Source: Alphaproteobacteria bacterium
GTDB taxonomy: Bacteria; Pseudomonadota; Alphaproteobacteria; MPNO01
Direction: 5' to 3'
Assembly: GCA_964291675.2 (NCBI GenBank)
Contig: OZ219865.1
Location: 160,001-224,000 of the forward strand
Length of the DNA stretch: 64,000 nt
The position numbers and the translations under genes were made by a program. Numbering within the stretch: position 1 is the first letter of the stretch; the number at the start of each line of letters is the position of its first letter. Shown one piece after another: positions 40,057-50,125 of this stretch. A model generated the notes under the pieces. It made no database searches and was not told the origin of the DNA. It saw only the letters and a list, made by a program, of their open reading frames with translations.

Positions 40057-40345
40057 GTGTCCACCATCGGTTAATGGACACTATCGGAGGAGGCTTTGCA
40101 GTGGCGCGGCGGACACGCCGTTTCTGGTCGAAGGATGAGAAGCGCCGGATTGTGGCGCAGAATTTCGCGCCGGGCGTTTCGGTGTCCCAGGTCGGGCGCC
40201 GCTACGACGTCAACGCCAACCTGATCTTCAAGTAGCGCCGCGATCCGCGCTATCGGTCGGCGGAGGACGGCGAGGACGCGCCATCCTTCCGGCCGGTGGA
40301 GATGGTGGCGGAGCCGCCATCGGATAAGCATCCGGCCTGATCCGC
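40057..40345 (+). mobile_element. IS66 tnpA (HTH) pseudogene with terminal remnants
   Basis: RRFWSKDEKRRIVAQNFAPGVSVSQVGRRYDVNANLIFK*RRD (in-frame TAG); tgtccaccat...tggacact palindrome; ataagcatccggcctga at ~40324 resembles gtaagcgttcggcctga at 38880. Confidence 0.65.
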
Positions 40346-40705
40346 TGGCCGAGCTCATGGCGAGGCACACTGCAAGCGCCACCGAAGATGCTCCCAACAA
40401 CCGCGTCGAATCCTGTCCCACCCTGAACAGCCAAGGCTTTCCCGGCCGGTTCCTTTTCTTCCGATTCTCGCAAATTTGCGCGGGAAGCCAGTTCGTTTAG
40501 ATTGATAAAATATATTCTGAGCAGTTAACAAATCGGCAACAGTGATACGTCGTGGCGTTCGCGCCGCCGCGATCCCGGTCGCCCGCCGTCGACGACCGCC
40601 GCCATCGGTCCTGCCGCCTGCGGGGACGAGCTCACGCCCCAACTGTCGGATTTTCGTTTGCCTTTGACACTGCCGAGCGAATTGCAAGGGGAGAAGTACC
40701 TGGAC

Positions 40706-41428
40706 ATGGAAACGAGGGGACGGAAGAACGCGGCCGGGGATTGGTTGCAATCGGAGATTCTGGACCGCGGCGTTTCGGCCGCGATGATCGTCATGGCCTT
40801 CGCGGGGTTTGCCGTGGGGTTCGCGGTCAGGAGCCTTCCGATCTTCGATTTCGAGACGGGAGCGTTCTGGACTGTGGTGGTTGCGGTCGCGCTTTTTCTG
40901 TCGTTCGGCATGCTCCTGGTGCGGCTCCGGCGCATCGATGCGACCTGGATCCCTGGATTGCGGGCCGAGCGCCGGGTGGGGGACGTCATCGAGCATGCCC
41001 TCGCGCGGCCGGGCTGCGCGTTCGCGCATGACGTCAAGGAAGCCCTCGGCGGTTCGGGCAATGTCGATCACGTCGTGATGACCCCGGTGGGGGTTTGGGT
41101 GGTGGAAACCAAATCGAACTGGCTCGACAAGCGACACTTTCCCCCGGCGCTGCGTCAGGTCGCCGGGAATGTGAGCCGCGTCCGCCGCCATCTCGACACG
41201 TCTCTTCCGGTTCGCGGTGCGCTGATCATCGCCGACCGCTGGGATCGTTCGCTGGAGTCGCGGCACGACTGGAACGGAGAGCCGGTGACGGCGTTCGGTC
41301 TCAAGACGTTCTGGCACCTGCTGCGCGCGGAGGGCGCGCAAGTCGGAGACGGCGGGTCCGCACAGGCTACGGCGAGGGTCGAAAAAGCCGTATGGGACCT
41401 CGGTTCCACCCGCCATCTGGGGTCATGA
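40706..41428 (+). CDS. NERD (nuclease-related domain) membrane protein
   Basis: Two hydrophobic helices, then GLRAERRVG...HDV...GNVDHVVMTPVGVWVVETK. Confidence 0.8.
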   Translation: METRGRKNAAGDWLQSEILDRGVSAAMIVMAFAGFAVGFAVRSLPIFDFETGAFWTVVVAVALFLSFGMLLVRLRRIDATWIPGLRAERRVGDVIEHALARPGCAFAHDVKEALGGSGNVDHVVMTPVGVWVVETKSNWLDKRHFPPALRQVAGNVSRVRRHLDTSLPVRGALIIADRWDRSLESRHDWNGEPVTAFGLKTFWHLLRAEGAQVGDGGSAQATARVEKAVWDLGSTRHLGS

Positions 41429-42366
41429 ACCGGTGGCGGTGGCGGATTCGTCGACGGATGCGGCGGACGAGGCGGTTCGCGAGGATCCTGATCCTGGCCG
41501 CGATCGCGGCGGGCGCGGCTGCCGCGCTGCCGACTTTCGACCGGAGCGGCATCGGGGCCTCGTCGGGGCGGTTCATCGAGGCTGTTGAACAAGAGGTCGG
41601 TCCAGCCGCGGACCGCGTTGCGGAATGGCTGGAACGACGGGCGCGCGCGACCGGCGACCGCATCGCCGCGCTCACCGGCGAATTCGGCGACACGGCCGAA
41701 ACCGAACGGGAACACCGTGTTCGCGTCTACCGCGGCCCCCCGAACCGGTCGCGCCCGGCGTTGTCGGGCCCGGCGCGGGCTATCGACGGCGACACGCTCG
41801 ACGTGGCGAACGTGCGGGTTCGACTCCACGGCATCGACGCGCCGGAGAGCGCCCAGCGCTGCCGGACCTCCGGTCGGTACTGGCTTTGCGGGCGGGAGGC
41901 AACGCGGGCCCTGGCGGCCCGGATCGGCGGCCGACCGGTGGCATGCGCGGAGCGCGACCGGGACGGTTACGGGCGGGTCGTGGCGGTCTGCGCCGTCGAC
42001 GGGCTGGACCTCAACGAATGGATGACGGCCGAGGGCTGGGCCTTCGCCTACCGGCGCTACTCCGGCGACTATGTCGCCGCGGAGTCGCGTGCGCGCGCGG
42101 CGCGGCGGGGCATCTGGCGCGGCGAGGTCGTGGAGCCTTGGGAATGGCGCCGCGGCAAGCGTCTTCCGGGTTCCGCGCCAGCCGCGCGGCGGGACGGTGG
42201 GCGATGCCGGATCAAGGGGAACATCGGCAGGGACGGAAGGCGCATCTACCATGTGCCGGGCGGGCAATATTACGGCCGGACGCGGATCGACACGTCGCGG
42301 GGCGAGCGCTGGTTCTGCTCGGAGCGCGAAGCGCGGGCGGCGGGATGGCGGCGGTCGAACCGGTGA
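41425..42366 (+). CDS. Thermonuclease (SNase) family protein with a C-terminal Cys-containing domain
   Basis: AIDGDTL, RLHGIDAPE, DRDGYGR, CRIKGNI...ERWFCSEREARAAGWR. Confidence 0.88.
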   Translation: MNRWRWRIRRRMRRTRRFARILILAAIAAGAAAALPTFDRSGIGASSGRFIEAVEQEVGPAADRVAEWLERRARATGDRIAALTGEFGDTAETEREHRVRVYRGPPNRSRPALSGPARAIDGDTLDVANVRVRLHGIDAPESAQRCRTSGRYWLCGREATRALAARIGGRPVACAERDRDGYGRVVAVCAVDGLDLNEWMTAEGWAFAYRRYSGDYVAAESRARAARRGIWRGEVVEPWEWRRGKRLPGSAPAARRDGGRCRIKGNIGRDGRRIYHVPGGQYYGRTRIDTSRGERWFCSEREARAAGWRRSNR

Positions 42367-42800
42367 GGACGTCCGTCGACGGATGGCCCGATCCCCATTG
42401 GCTCCTATCCAGAGACGCGGATATCGTATGAGCGGTTTCGTCGCGATTCCCGATATCGCGACCAGTTTCCTGCCCGCTGCGCGGGTCTCCACTTGCCCGC
42501 CTTCCACGGACAAGGGTGACTTCCCTGCCAAACCGGGCGTCTCCATGCTTCACCTGCCGCCCTCCGATAGGGGGGCTGCTCCGGGTAGCAGGCCTCGGCC
42601 TTAAACCTCGCGCAGGGTTCGCCCACTCGAGTTGGCCGTGCAACCCGGCTCGCGATGACCCGCCTCGCGATGAGGCCGGCGCCGCCGATCGGCCGTCGAC
42701 GCCGATCCCCTCCACGCGTTGCGATGGCGGGCGCAGGCGCTCGCCCGCATGCGGGATCTCACGGTCCCCGCATTCGACCCTTGCCACCCGGGCGATGCAG

Positions 42801-43229
42801 TCAGTTGCCGGGGTCCAGCTTCGCGAGGACCAACCGCAAGACCTCGACAATCGTACTTTGTTCATCGACTGCGAAGGCCCTGAACACCGTGATCAGCTCA
42901 CCCTCACAGGCGTCCTCGCTCCCTTCACTCAAAACCCGCCGTTCCGATCCCGGATGCGGCGAGCTCCGCGCGATCCGATCGTCCGCCCCCTGCCGTGTGC
43001 CTTTCGGGTGCTGCCCGTTGGCGCCGTTCCGTCTCAGCCATTCCTCGATCAGACCGAACTTCCCGAGCAGGCGAAGGTTCGTCGCTGAAGGCATCGCCAC
43101 GCCTCGTTCCCATTTCCCGATCGTTTTCTCCGAGACGCCCAATTTGCTTCCGAGACTCTCCAGCGTATCCGCGCCGGCCGTTCGCCTGCGTCGAATTTCC
43201 TCGCCGAGTGCGCGATCGACCTTGCCCAT
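42801..43229 (-). CDS. XRE-family helix-turn-helix regulator
   Basis: IRRRR...TLESLGSKLGVSEKTIGKWERGVAMPS. Confidence 0.7.
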   Translation of the reverse strand: MGKVDRALGEEIRRRRTAGADTLESLGSKLGVSEKTIGKWERGVAMPSATNLRLLGKFGLIEEWLRRNGANGQHPKGTRQGADDRIARSSPHPGSERRVLSEGSEDACEGELITVFRAFAVDEQSTIVEVLRLVLAKLDPGN

Positions 43230-43567
43230 CGGTATTTTCTCCTTTCGAGACAAGCGATCTCGCAAGCTGGCAGCCGGTCCGGTCCTCGCGACCGGCACTC
43301 TCGGACGCCCGATCTGCGTACACAGAGCGAGCTGCGGCGCTCGCCGCCGGGAGAGCCGGTAATTCATGCGCTGTTGGTCTCTATCCCGCTGAAATTGCGC
43401 GACTATTTCGCAAAAGTAACCGACTGGTTACCTTCCCGGCCGAAACGTTACTTTTGGGTGGTGGACGGTCGCGGCGTCCTCCACAAATCTTCCCCGAGGT
43501 CGCTTCGCTTCGCGAACCGCCGCCGCTTCGGCGCAGCGGCGGCGTACACACAAGGGGGAAGAATTCA

Positions 43568-44125
43568 GTGGCCTGCGATCCCGACCCGAACACCGTCCCG
43601 CCTCCGGGAGGACCGTCCCGGAAGCGCCCCGTCGCGGGCTATCTCCGCTCCGCGACCGAGCTCGAAGGAGAGACCCTCCGCGAGCAGCTCGAAGCCATCG
43701 TCCGGTACGCGCGCGCCCATGGCATGCAGCTCATTCGGGTCTATTGCGACGAGTGCGGGAGCGGCCTGCGGATCGACGGCCGCTCCGGCCTCGGGCAGAT
43801 GCTTCGCGATATCGAGAGTGGGGACGGCGACTTCGACGCCATTCTGTTGTCCGATCCCAGCCGCTGGGGCCGCTTCCATATCGCGGACGAAAGCGCCTGC
43901 CTTGAATACGCCTGCCGCGCGACAGGCATCGCGGTCCACTATTGCGCCGAGGGATCGGGCGACGACGGAACGCCGTTTTCGGGCATCGCAAAATCTCTGA
44001 AACGCCGCATGGCCGAAGAGCACGGGCGTGAAACGCTTGCCCGCGGGCACCACGCCGCCCAGACCGGGGACGGAGATGCCGCGGCGCCCGCGGGCGGAAC
44101 GGCACCGAAGGCGAAGATCCGGTGA
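43568..44125 (+). CDS. Resolvase-domain-only protein lacking the catalytic serine
   Basis: YLRSAT (canonical YxRxST), YCDECGSG, DPSRWGRF; paralog of the downstream recombinase N-domain. Confidence 0.75.
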   Translation: MACDPDPNTVPPPGGPSRKRPVAGYLRSATELEGETLREQLEAIVRYARAHGMQLIRVYCDECGSGLRIDGRSGLGQMLRDIESGDGDFDAILLSDPSRWGRFHIADESACLEYACRATGIAVHYCAEGSGDDGTPFSGIAKSLKRRMAEEHGRETLARGHHAAQTGDGDAAAPAGGTAPKAKIR

Positions 44126-45699
44126 CCGGCGACCCCGATCCCAAGGGCGACTCGAATCCCGAACCGGCGAGGCCCCTTCGCCGCGCCGTCGCCTACCTCC
44201 GGATGTCTACCGAGCTCCAGGAATATTCGACTGAGAACCAGCTCGCGGCCATCGAGAAATACGCCGCCGAGAACGAGATGGAGCTCGTTGCCACCTATTC
44301 GGACGAGGCGAGAAGCGGCCTGCGATACGAGAACCGGCCCGGCATGCAGCAAATGCTGGCGGATGCGCAAAGCGCGGATGCCGGTTTCGATACGATCCTC
44401 GTTTACGACATAAGCCGATGGGGCCGGTTTCAGGATCAGGACGAGGGCGCCGCCCTCGAATTCGCCTGTAGAAAGGCCAGGGTTCAGGTCCACTACTGCA
44501 TGGATCAATTCGTCAACGACGGCAGCCCGATGTCGACGGTGATGAAGAGCCTCGGGCGATATGCGGCCGCCGATTACAGCAGCAAACTCTCGGCAAAGGT
44601 GTTCGCCGGCCAGTGCCGGCTCACCGAGCGCGGCTACCGCCAGGGCGGCATGGCGGGCTACGGGCTGCGCCGGATGCGCATAGACCAGAAAGGAGAGCCG
44701 CAGGGCATTCTCGACTGGGGCCAGCGCAAGAGCCTGCAGACCGACCGGGTGATCCTCGTGCCCGGACCGGAAGAGGAAGTCGAGACCGTCCGGTGGATGT
44801 ACCGCGAGTTCATCGACGGAGGCAGGCTGGAAGGCGAGATCGCCGCGGCTCTCAACGAGAAGGGGATCGCGACGGATCTCGGCCGGCCCTGGACGCGCGG
44901 CACCGTCCACCAGGTTCTGACCAACGAGAAATACATCGGCAACAACGTCTTCAACCGGCATTCCTACAAGCTGAAGAAGACGCACAAGGACAACCCGCCC
45001 GAGGAATGGGTCCGGTTGGACGGCGCCTTCGAAGCGATCGTGGATCCGCGACTGTTCTTCACCGCCGAGGGCATGATCCGTCAGCGCAACCGCCGGTTCT
45101 CCGACGACGAGATGATCGACCGGCTGGAAAAGCTCCTGAAGAAAAAGGGCTTCCTCTCCGGTTTCATCATCGACGAGGCCGACGACATGCCGTCGAGCGG
45201 CTGTTACGCCTCGCGCTTCGGCAGCCTGACGCGCGCCTATTCGCTGGTCGGCTTCACCCCCGACCGGGACTGCCGCTACATCGAGATCAACCGGACGCTC
45301 CGCCAAATTCACGCGCGGGAGGTCGCCAGGGCGATCGCCGAAATCGAAAAGCTCGGCGGCGCCGTTTCCCAAGACGCGGCGACGGACCTCCTGACCGTGA
45401 ACGATGAGTTCACCGCTTCCATCGTCATCGCCCGCTGCCGGCACACCAAGGCCGGTTCCCGGCGCTGGAAGGTCCGCCTCGACACCGGGCTCGCCCCCGA
45501 CCTGACGGTCGCCCTCCGGATGGACGACGCCAATCAAGCCATCCTCGACTACTACCTCCTGCCGCTTTCCATTCTCGACACGAACCGCCTCGGGCTCGCC
45601 GAAGAAAACGGCCTGATGCTGGACGCCTTCCAGTTCGACACCCTGGACCGTTTCTTCGCCATGGCAGAGCGGGCCCAGATTTCGGAGATCTCACAATGA
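44122..45699 (+). CDS. Large serine recombinase
   Basis: YLRMSTELQEYS, DISRWGRF, GGMAGYGLRR, recombinase domain WTRGTVHQVLTNEKYIG. Confidence 0.93.
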   Translation: MTGDPDPKGDSNPEPARPLRRAVAYLRMSTELQEYSTENQLAAIEKYAAENEMELVATYSDEARSGLRYENRPGMQQMLADAQSADAGFDTILVYDISRWGRFQDQDEGAALEFACRKARVQVHYCMDQFVNDGSPMSTVMKSLGRYAAADYSSKLSAKVFAGQCRLTERGYRQGGMAGYGLRRMRIDQKGEPQGILDWGQRKSLQTDRVILVPGPEEEVETVRWMYREFIDGGRLEGEIAAALNEKGIATDLGRPWTRGTVHQVLTNEKYIGNNVFNRHSYKLKKTHKDNPPEEWVRLDGAFEAIVDPRLFFTAEGMIRQRNRRFSDDEMIDRLEKLLKKKGFLSGFIIDEADDMPSSGCYASRFGSLTRAYSLVGFTPDRDCRYIEINRTLRQIHAREVARAIAEIEKLGGAVSQDAATDLLTVNDEFTASIVIARCRHTKAGSRRWKVRLDTGLAPDLTVALRMDDANQAILDYYLLPLSILDTNRLGLAEENGLMLDAFQFDTLDRFFAMAERAQISEISQ

Positions 45700-46586
45700 C
45701 CGACACCATTACGATCGAGAGGATCCCGATCGAGCGCATCGTCGTACTCAATCCCCGGGTCCGGGACGCGAAGAAATTCGCCGAGATCGTCGACAGCATC
45801 GGGAAGGTCGGCCTCAAGCAGCCCATCAAGGTGAGCCGCACTCGGGGCGCCGACGGCGAAGTCGCCTACAACCTGGTCTGCGGACAGGGCCGCATGGAGG
45901 CTTTTCAGGCGCTCGAACAGACGGAGATTCCGGCCATCGTTACCGACCTGTCCGAACAGGACAGCCTGGTCTCGGGCCTTGTCGAGAATGTCGCCCGGAG
46001 CAAGCCTCTTCCGGGCGACCTGTTCCGGGCGATCGGCGATCTTGTCGGACGCGGCTACTCCGACGCGAAGATCGGCGCCAAGATCGGCTATTCGGCTACC
46101 CATGTCGGGAGAATCCGCCGCCTCCTGAAAGCCGGCGAGGAACGGCTGCTGATTGCGGTGGAAACCGGAAAGATGCCGCTGCATGTCGCCGTCGCCATCG
46201 CGAAGGCAGAAGACGGCGGGGCGCAGGAGGTCCTCGACAAAGCATATAAGGGCGGCGAATTGACACTTAGCCAAATGCCGCGCGCAAAGAGTGCGATCGA
46301 GCACCGCGAACGATACGGCAAAGCGCTAAAGCGTGACACTACCGGCGATCGGAAACCGGCCTCGAAGGCGTACGATGCGCTCACCCGGAGACTGAAGGAG
46401 GCGGTCAAGAACCACGGTGCGCTGATCGAGAGCGCCGATACCGCCTCGGAACATCTGAAGATTCTCATGCAGGGCCTTCGCACGCTTCTGTCCGAACACC
46501 ATTTCCGGACCCTCCTGCGTGCCGAGCAGGTGCAGACGATGCCGGCTCCTCTGGCGCGCCTCGTCGAAGCCCGGGAGGAGACCTGA
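45696..46586 (+). CDS. ParB/RepB/Spo0J-like protein 1
   Basis: IVDSIGKVGLKQPIKV, YNLVCGQGRMEAF, GLVENVAR, HTH. Confidence 0.85.
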   Translation: MTDTITIERIPIERIVVLNPRVRDAKKFAEIVDSIGKVGLKQPIKVSRTRGADGEVAYNLVCGQGRMEAFQALEQTEIPAIVTDLSEQDSLVSGLVENVARSKPLPGDLFRAIGDLVGRGYSDAKIGAKIGYSATHVGRIRRLLKAGEERLLIAVETGKMPLHVAVAIAKAEDGGAQEVLDKAYKGGELTLSQMPRAKSAIEHRERYGKALKRDTTGDRKPASKAYDALTRRLKEAVKNHGALIESADTASEHLKILMQGLRTLLSEHHFRTLLRAEQVQTMPAPLARLVEAREET

Positions 46587-46587
46587 C

Positions 46588-47484
46588 ATGGCCGGCAAGG
46601 TGACTATCGGGTTCGAGCCGGAGAGCGTGACGATTCCCATAACCGACATTCTGCCGCTGAGGCTGGTCGACGATACCGCCCGCAAGCGCCACAAATTTCG
46701 TCAGATCGCCGCGTCCATCCGCGAAATCGGCATCGTGCAACCGCCCATCGTGGCACGCCGGTCCGACGGAAAGCACAAATACCTGCTTCTCGACGGCCAT
46801 CTCAGAATGGAGATTCTGAAGGACCTCGGTATCGACGAAATCGCCTGTCTGGTCTCTCTCGACGACGAGGCTGTCACTTTCAATCGCCAGGTGAACCGCC
46901 TCTCGCCGCTCCAGGAGCACAAGATGATTCTGAAGGTCATCGAGCGCGGCGTTCCCGAGGAGCGCATCGCGCAGGCGCTGAACGTCAATGTCGCGACCAT
47001 CCGCGCCAAACGGGACCTTCTCAATGGCATCTGTCCCGAGGTTGCTGCACTCCTCAAGGACAAGCACTGCCCCATCAACTCTTTCCAGGCGCTCAAGAAG
47101 GTGGAGCCCCTGCGGCAGTACGAGATCGCGAAGACGATGGTCGCGGTCAACGACTACTCGGTTGCCTACGCGAGGGCTCTCGTCTCGGCGAGCTTGCCGG
47201 ACCAACTGGTGAACCCCGGCAAGGCCAGGAAGCACAGAAAGGTCTCTCCGGAGGAAATCGATCAGATCGAACGGGAGCTGGCCAACCTCCAGGGTGACGT
47301 CGAACGGATCGAAGAGACCTTCGCAGCCGACCATCTGAATCTGGTGCTGGCCACGTCGTATGTCCGTTCGTTGCTCCGCAACGCCCAGATAACGGAATAC
47401 ATGGAGACGTATCACCGGAACCTTCTCGAGGAATTCCGGACGATCTGCGAGGCGACGGCGCCGATGGCGGAAGCCGCCGAATAG
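46588..47484 (+). CDS. ParB-like protein 2 with RepB C-terminal domain
   Basis: IAASIREIGIVQPPIV, YLLLDGHLR, NRLSPLQEHKMI, LLNGICPEV. Confidence 0.85.
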   Translation: MAGKVTIGFEPESVTIPITDILPLRLVDDTARKRHKFRQIAASIREIGIVQPPIVARRSDGKHKYLLLDGHLRMEILKDLGIDEIACLVSLDDEAVTFNRQVNRLSPLQEHKMILKVIERGVPEERIAQALNVNVATIRAKRDLLNGICPEVAALLKDKHCPINSFQALKKVEPLRQYEIAKTMVAVNDYSVAYARALVSASLPDQLVNPGKARKHRKVSPEEIDQIERELANLQGDVERIEETFAADHLNLVLATSYVRSLLRNAQITEYMETYHRNLLEEFRTICEATAPMAEAAE

Positions 47485-48135
47485 CACGGGTTCGGCGCCG
47501 GGCGCCGAACCGACGGTCGATCCGCCACGGCGGGGCAGGGCGATGGATCGGCCAGAATGGGGACCCGGACCCGACAAGCGCGGGGACCGCGGGAGACGCC
47601 GCACTGTGGGGCGGATCGAGCGCGGCGGTGGGGATGGCGGCGAACCCGTTCGGAGCCCACCAGGCCGGCCGTCATAGGGCCGGCCGAGAGGGCGGTCGAT
47701 CCGCGGCCGCCCTCGCCCCCGGAATCGAACACGGTCGGGAATGTCGTCCTGGCGCTGCCCGAGAGTTCGGACTGCCGCCGAAGGCAGGCAACTGGCAGCC
47801 GTTCGCCATCACCGTCCCTCCATCGGCATCTCGAAGCGGGTAGCCACGGCCGCATGGCCCAGCCCCGACTCGGCCGCCGGCACGCTTCCGGTACACCGCG
47901 CTTCCGTGCGCGACCCGCGACCTCCGACGACACGCGATGGCCCGGCCGCCGTTTGCCCCCAATATCCGACGGCCCCCTGCCCGAAGTCTCGCCCGGTCGC
48001 TTTCCACACACGCAACCGGCTTCGTCCCCCTGCCGCAGCATGAAGGAGAGAGGAGCGGGCCGGCGTCGGGGCGCGGTGAATCGGGCTCGGAGGATGTCCG
48101 GGCCGCGCCGCCTCCCCGCCATTCGGAGCATGCCC

Positions 48136-49161
48136 ATGACTTTGCCCGAGACCATCTCCGCCGACTACACGCTGCGCCCGAGCGAGCTCGCCGAGGTTCT
48201 CGCCACCCTGGTCGAGGCCCGCCAGCCGACCATGCTGTGGGGCGGGCCCGGAACCGGCAAGAGCCAGGTCTCCAACCAGACGGCCGACCGCCTCGCATAC
48301 ACCTATCTCGACATCCGCGGCCCGCTCCTCGATCCCGTGGACCTGCGCGGTATCCCCTGGCGCGACGAGTTCGGCCGCACCCGCTGGGCGCCGCCCGCCT
48401 TCCTTCCCCCGACCGACAGCACCGAGCAATACCTCATCAACCTGGAGGAGCTTCCTTCTTCCGTGCCCATGGTGCAGGTCGCCCTGTTCCAGCTCTGCCT
48501 GGAACGCCGGATCGGCGAGTACGAACTGCCTCCGGGCGCAGCGATCATCGCCTGCGGCAACCGCGAGCAGGACCGCTCGATCGTGCACCGCATGCCCGCC
48601 CCGCTCGCCAATCGCTTCGTCCATCTGGAGATCCGGGTCGACGCGAGGGACTGGCTTGCCTGGGGAGCCGCGAACGGGATCGCGCCGGAAGTGCTGTTCT
48701 TCATCGAGCTGGAACCGGACCTGCTTCACGGCTTCAATCCCCAGTCGAAGGAGCACGCCTTCCCGAGCCCCCGGAGCTGGGAGTTCGCTTCCAACATCGT
48801 CAAGAACCGCAACGGCCTCGATGCCGGTGTCGAAAGGGCGCTGTTCCGGGGCACGGTGGGCGAGGCCGCGGCGGTCGAGTTCACCTCGTTCCTGAAGGTG
48901 TGGCGCGAGCTGCCCCACCCGAGGGCCGTCCTCGACGATCCCGGCAACGCCGACATTCCGGAGAACGCCAGCACCCTGATGGCGCTCTGCGGCTCCCTCT
49001 ACCGGATGGCCTCCGACGTCAATCTGGACGCCATTGTCACCTACGCGACACGGCTTCGACGCGAAGTCGGCGAGTCGCTCGTCGGCGCCTGCGTGCGCCG
49101 CGAGCCCGCGCTCCAGCGCTCGCCCGCCTTCATCCGCTGGGCGGCGGCAAAGACGCAGTGA
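48136..49161 (+). CDS. MoxR/dynein-related AAA+ ATPase
   Basis: WGGPGTGKS, DLRGIP, INLEEL, ACGNR, LANRFVHL, PSPRSWE. Confidence 0.88.
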   Translation: MTLPETISADYTLRPSELAEVLATLVEARQPTMLWGGPGTGKSQVSNQTADRLAYTYLDIRGPLLDPVDLRGIPWRDEFGRTRWAPPAFLPPTDSTEQYLINLEELPSSVPMVQVALFQLCLERRIGEYELPPGAAIIACGNREQDRSIVHRMPAPLANRFVHLEIRVDARDWLAWGAANGIAPEVLFFIELEPDLLHGFNPQSKEHAFPSPRSWEFASNIVKNRNGLDAGVERALFRGTVGEAAAVEFTSFLKVWRELPHPRAVLDDPGNADIPENASTLMALCGSLYRMASDVNLDAIVTYATRLRREVGESLVGACVRREPALQRSPAFIRWAAAKTQ

Positions 49162-49225
49162 CGGAGGACGCCGCCGCCCTTGGCGTCCCCCCGCGAACGC
49201 TCCGCCAACCCGAGAGGAGGAACCG

Positions 49226-50125
49226 ATGGACCTCAACCGCGACGCAATGCTGGTCGGGCTGCACATCGCCGCCTGGTCCGGCCGGCTCTACGACCGCCAG
49301 GCGAGCGACCATGTCGCCGTCGCCCACGAAGCCTCGACCGCCGCCGGGCGCTACAACAAGCGCCTGCTGCCCAAGGCCGCCTTCGCCGCCCTCACCGCGA
49401 CCATGAGCGAGGCGAGGGCCAAGCACTATGCCAACTCGCTTCCCTGGGACGACAAGGGCGCGCGGCTGCTCACCGTGGCCAACTACGAGCACTACACGGA
49501 GCTCATGGACGGGTTCCGGGAGCGCGTGGTGCGCCAGCGCGCCCGCTTCATCGAGGATTACGACGACTACATCGACCAGGCCCGGCTCGACCTCGGCAAG
49601 CTCTTCCGCATCGAGGACTATCCCTCCAAGGAAGACCTCCAGGGCAAGTTCGCCATCCGCTACCGCATCACCCCGGTGCCGGACGCGGACCATTTCATCG
49701 CCCAGCTCGCCTCCGACGACACCGAGCGGGTGAAGCGCGACATCGAGAGCCACATCGAGGAGCAGCTCCACGGTGCGGTGGGCGACCTCTACCGCCGCTT
49801 CGGCGAGGCGATCGAACGGGTCTCGGAGCGGCTGCGGGAGGACGACGAGGGCAAGCCGCTGGTGTTCCGCGACACGATGATCTCGAACATCCGCGACCTA
49901 GTGGACGTGGTGCCGCGTCTCAACATATTCGGCGACGAGACCCTGGCGCAGCTCTGCGCGCAGGTGAAGGAGAAGATCGCGAGCGTCGAGCCGAACGCGC
50001 TTAGGCCATCGAAGACCTTCGACCCGGCGGCCCGGGCCCAGGTCAAGCGCGACGCCGACGCGCTCGCGGAGAAGTTCGCGGGGTATTTCGGGGCGCGGAC
50101 CGAGCCGGTGCGGGAGGCCGCCTGA
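49226..50125 (+). CDS. Conserved mobile-element protein (DUF3150-like)
   Basis: GLHIAAWSGR...AGRYNKRLLPK...SLPW...DYPS; GAGGAGG RBS. Confidence 0.6.
   Translation: MDLNRDAMLVGLHIAAWSGRLYDRQASDHVAVAHEASTAAGRYNKRLLPKAAFAALTATMSEARAKHYANSLPWDDKGARLLTVANYEHYTELMDGFRERVVRQRARFIEDYDDYIDQARLDLGKLFRIEDYPSKEDLQGKFAIRYRITPVPDADHFIAQLASDDTERVKRDIESHIEEQLHGAVGDLYRRFGEAIERVSERLREDDEGKPLVFRDTMISNIRDLVDVVPRLNIFGDETLAQLCAQVKEKIASVEPNALRPSKTFDPAARAQVKRDADALAEKFAGYFGARTEPVREAA

Noticed and set aside
47490-48120. Possible oriT or ncRNA in the long spacer
   Set aside because: No recognisable nic motif, and no relaxase gene in the window to support it
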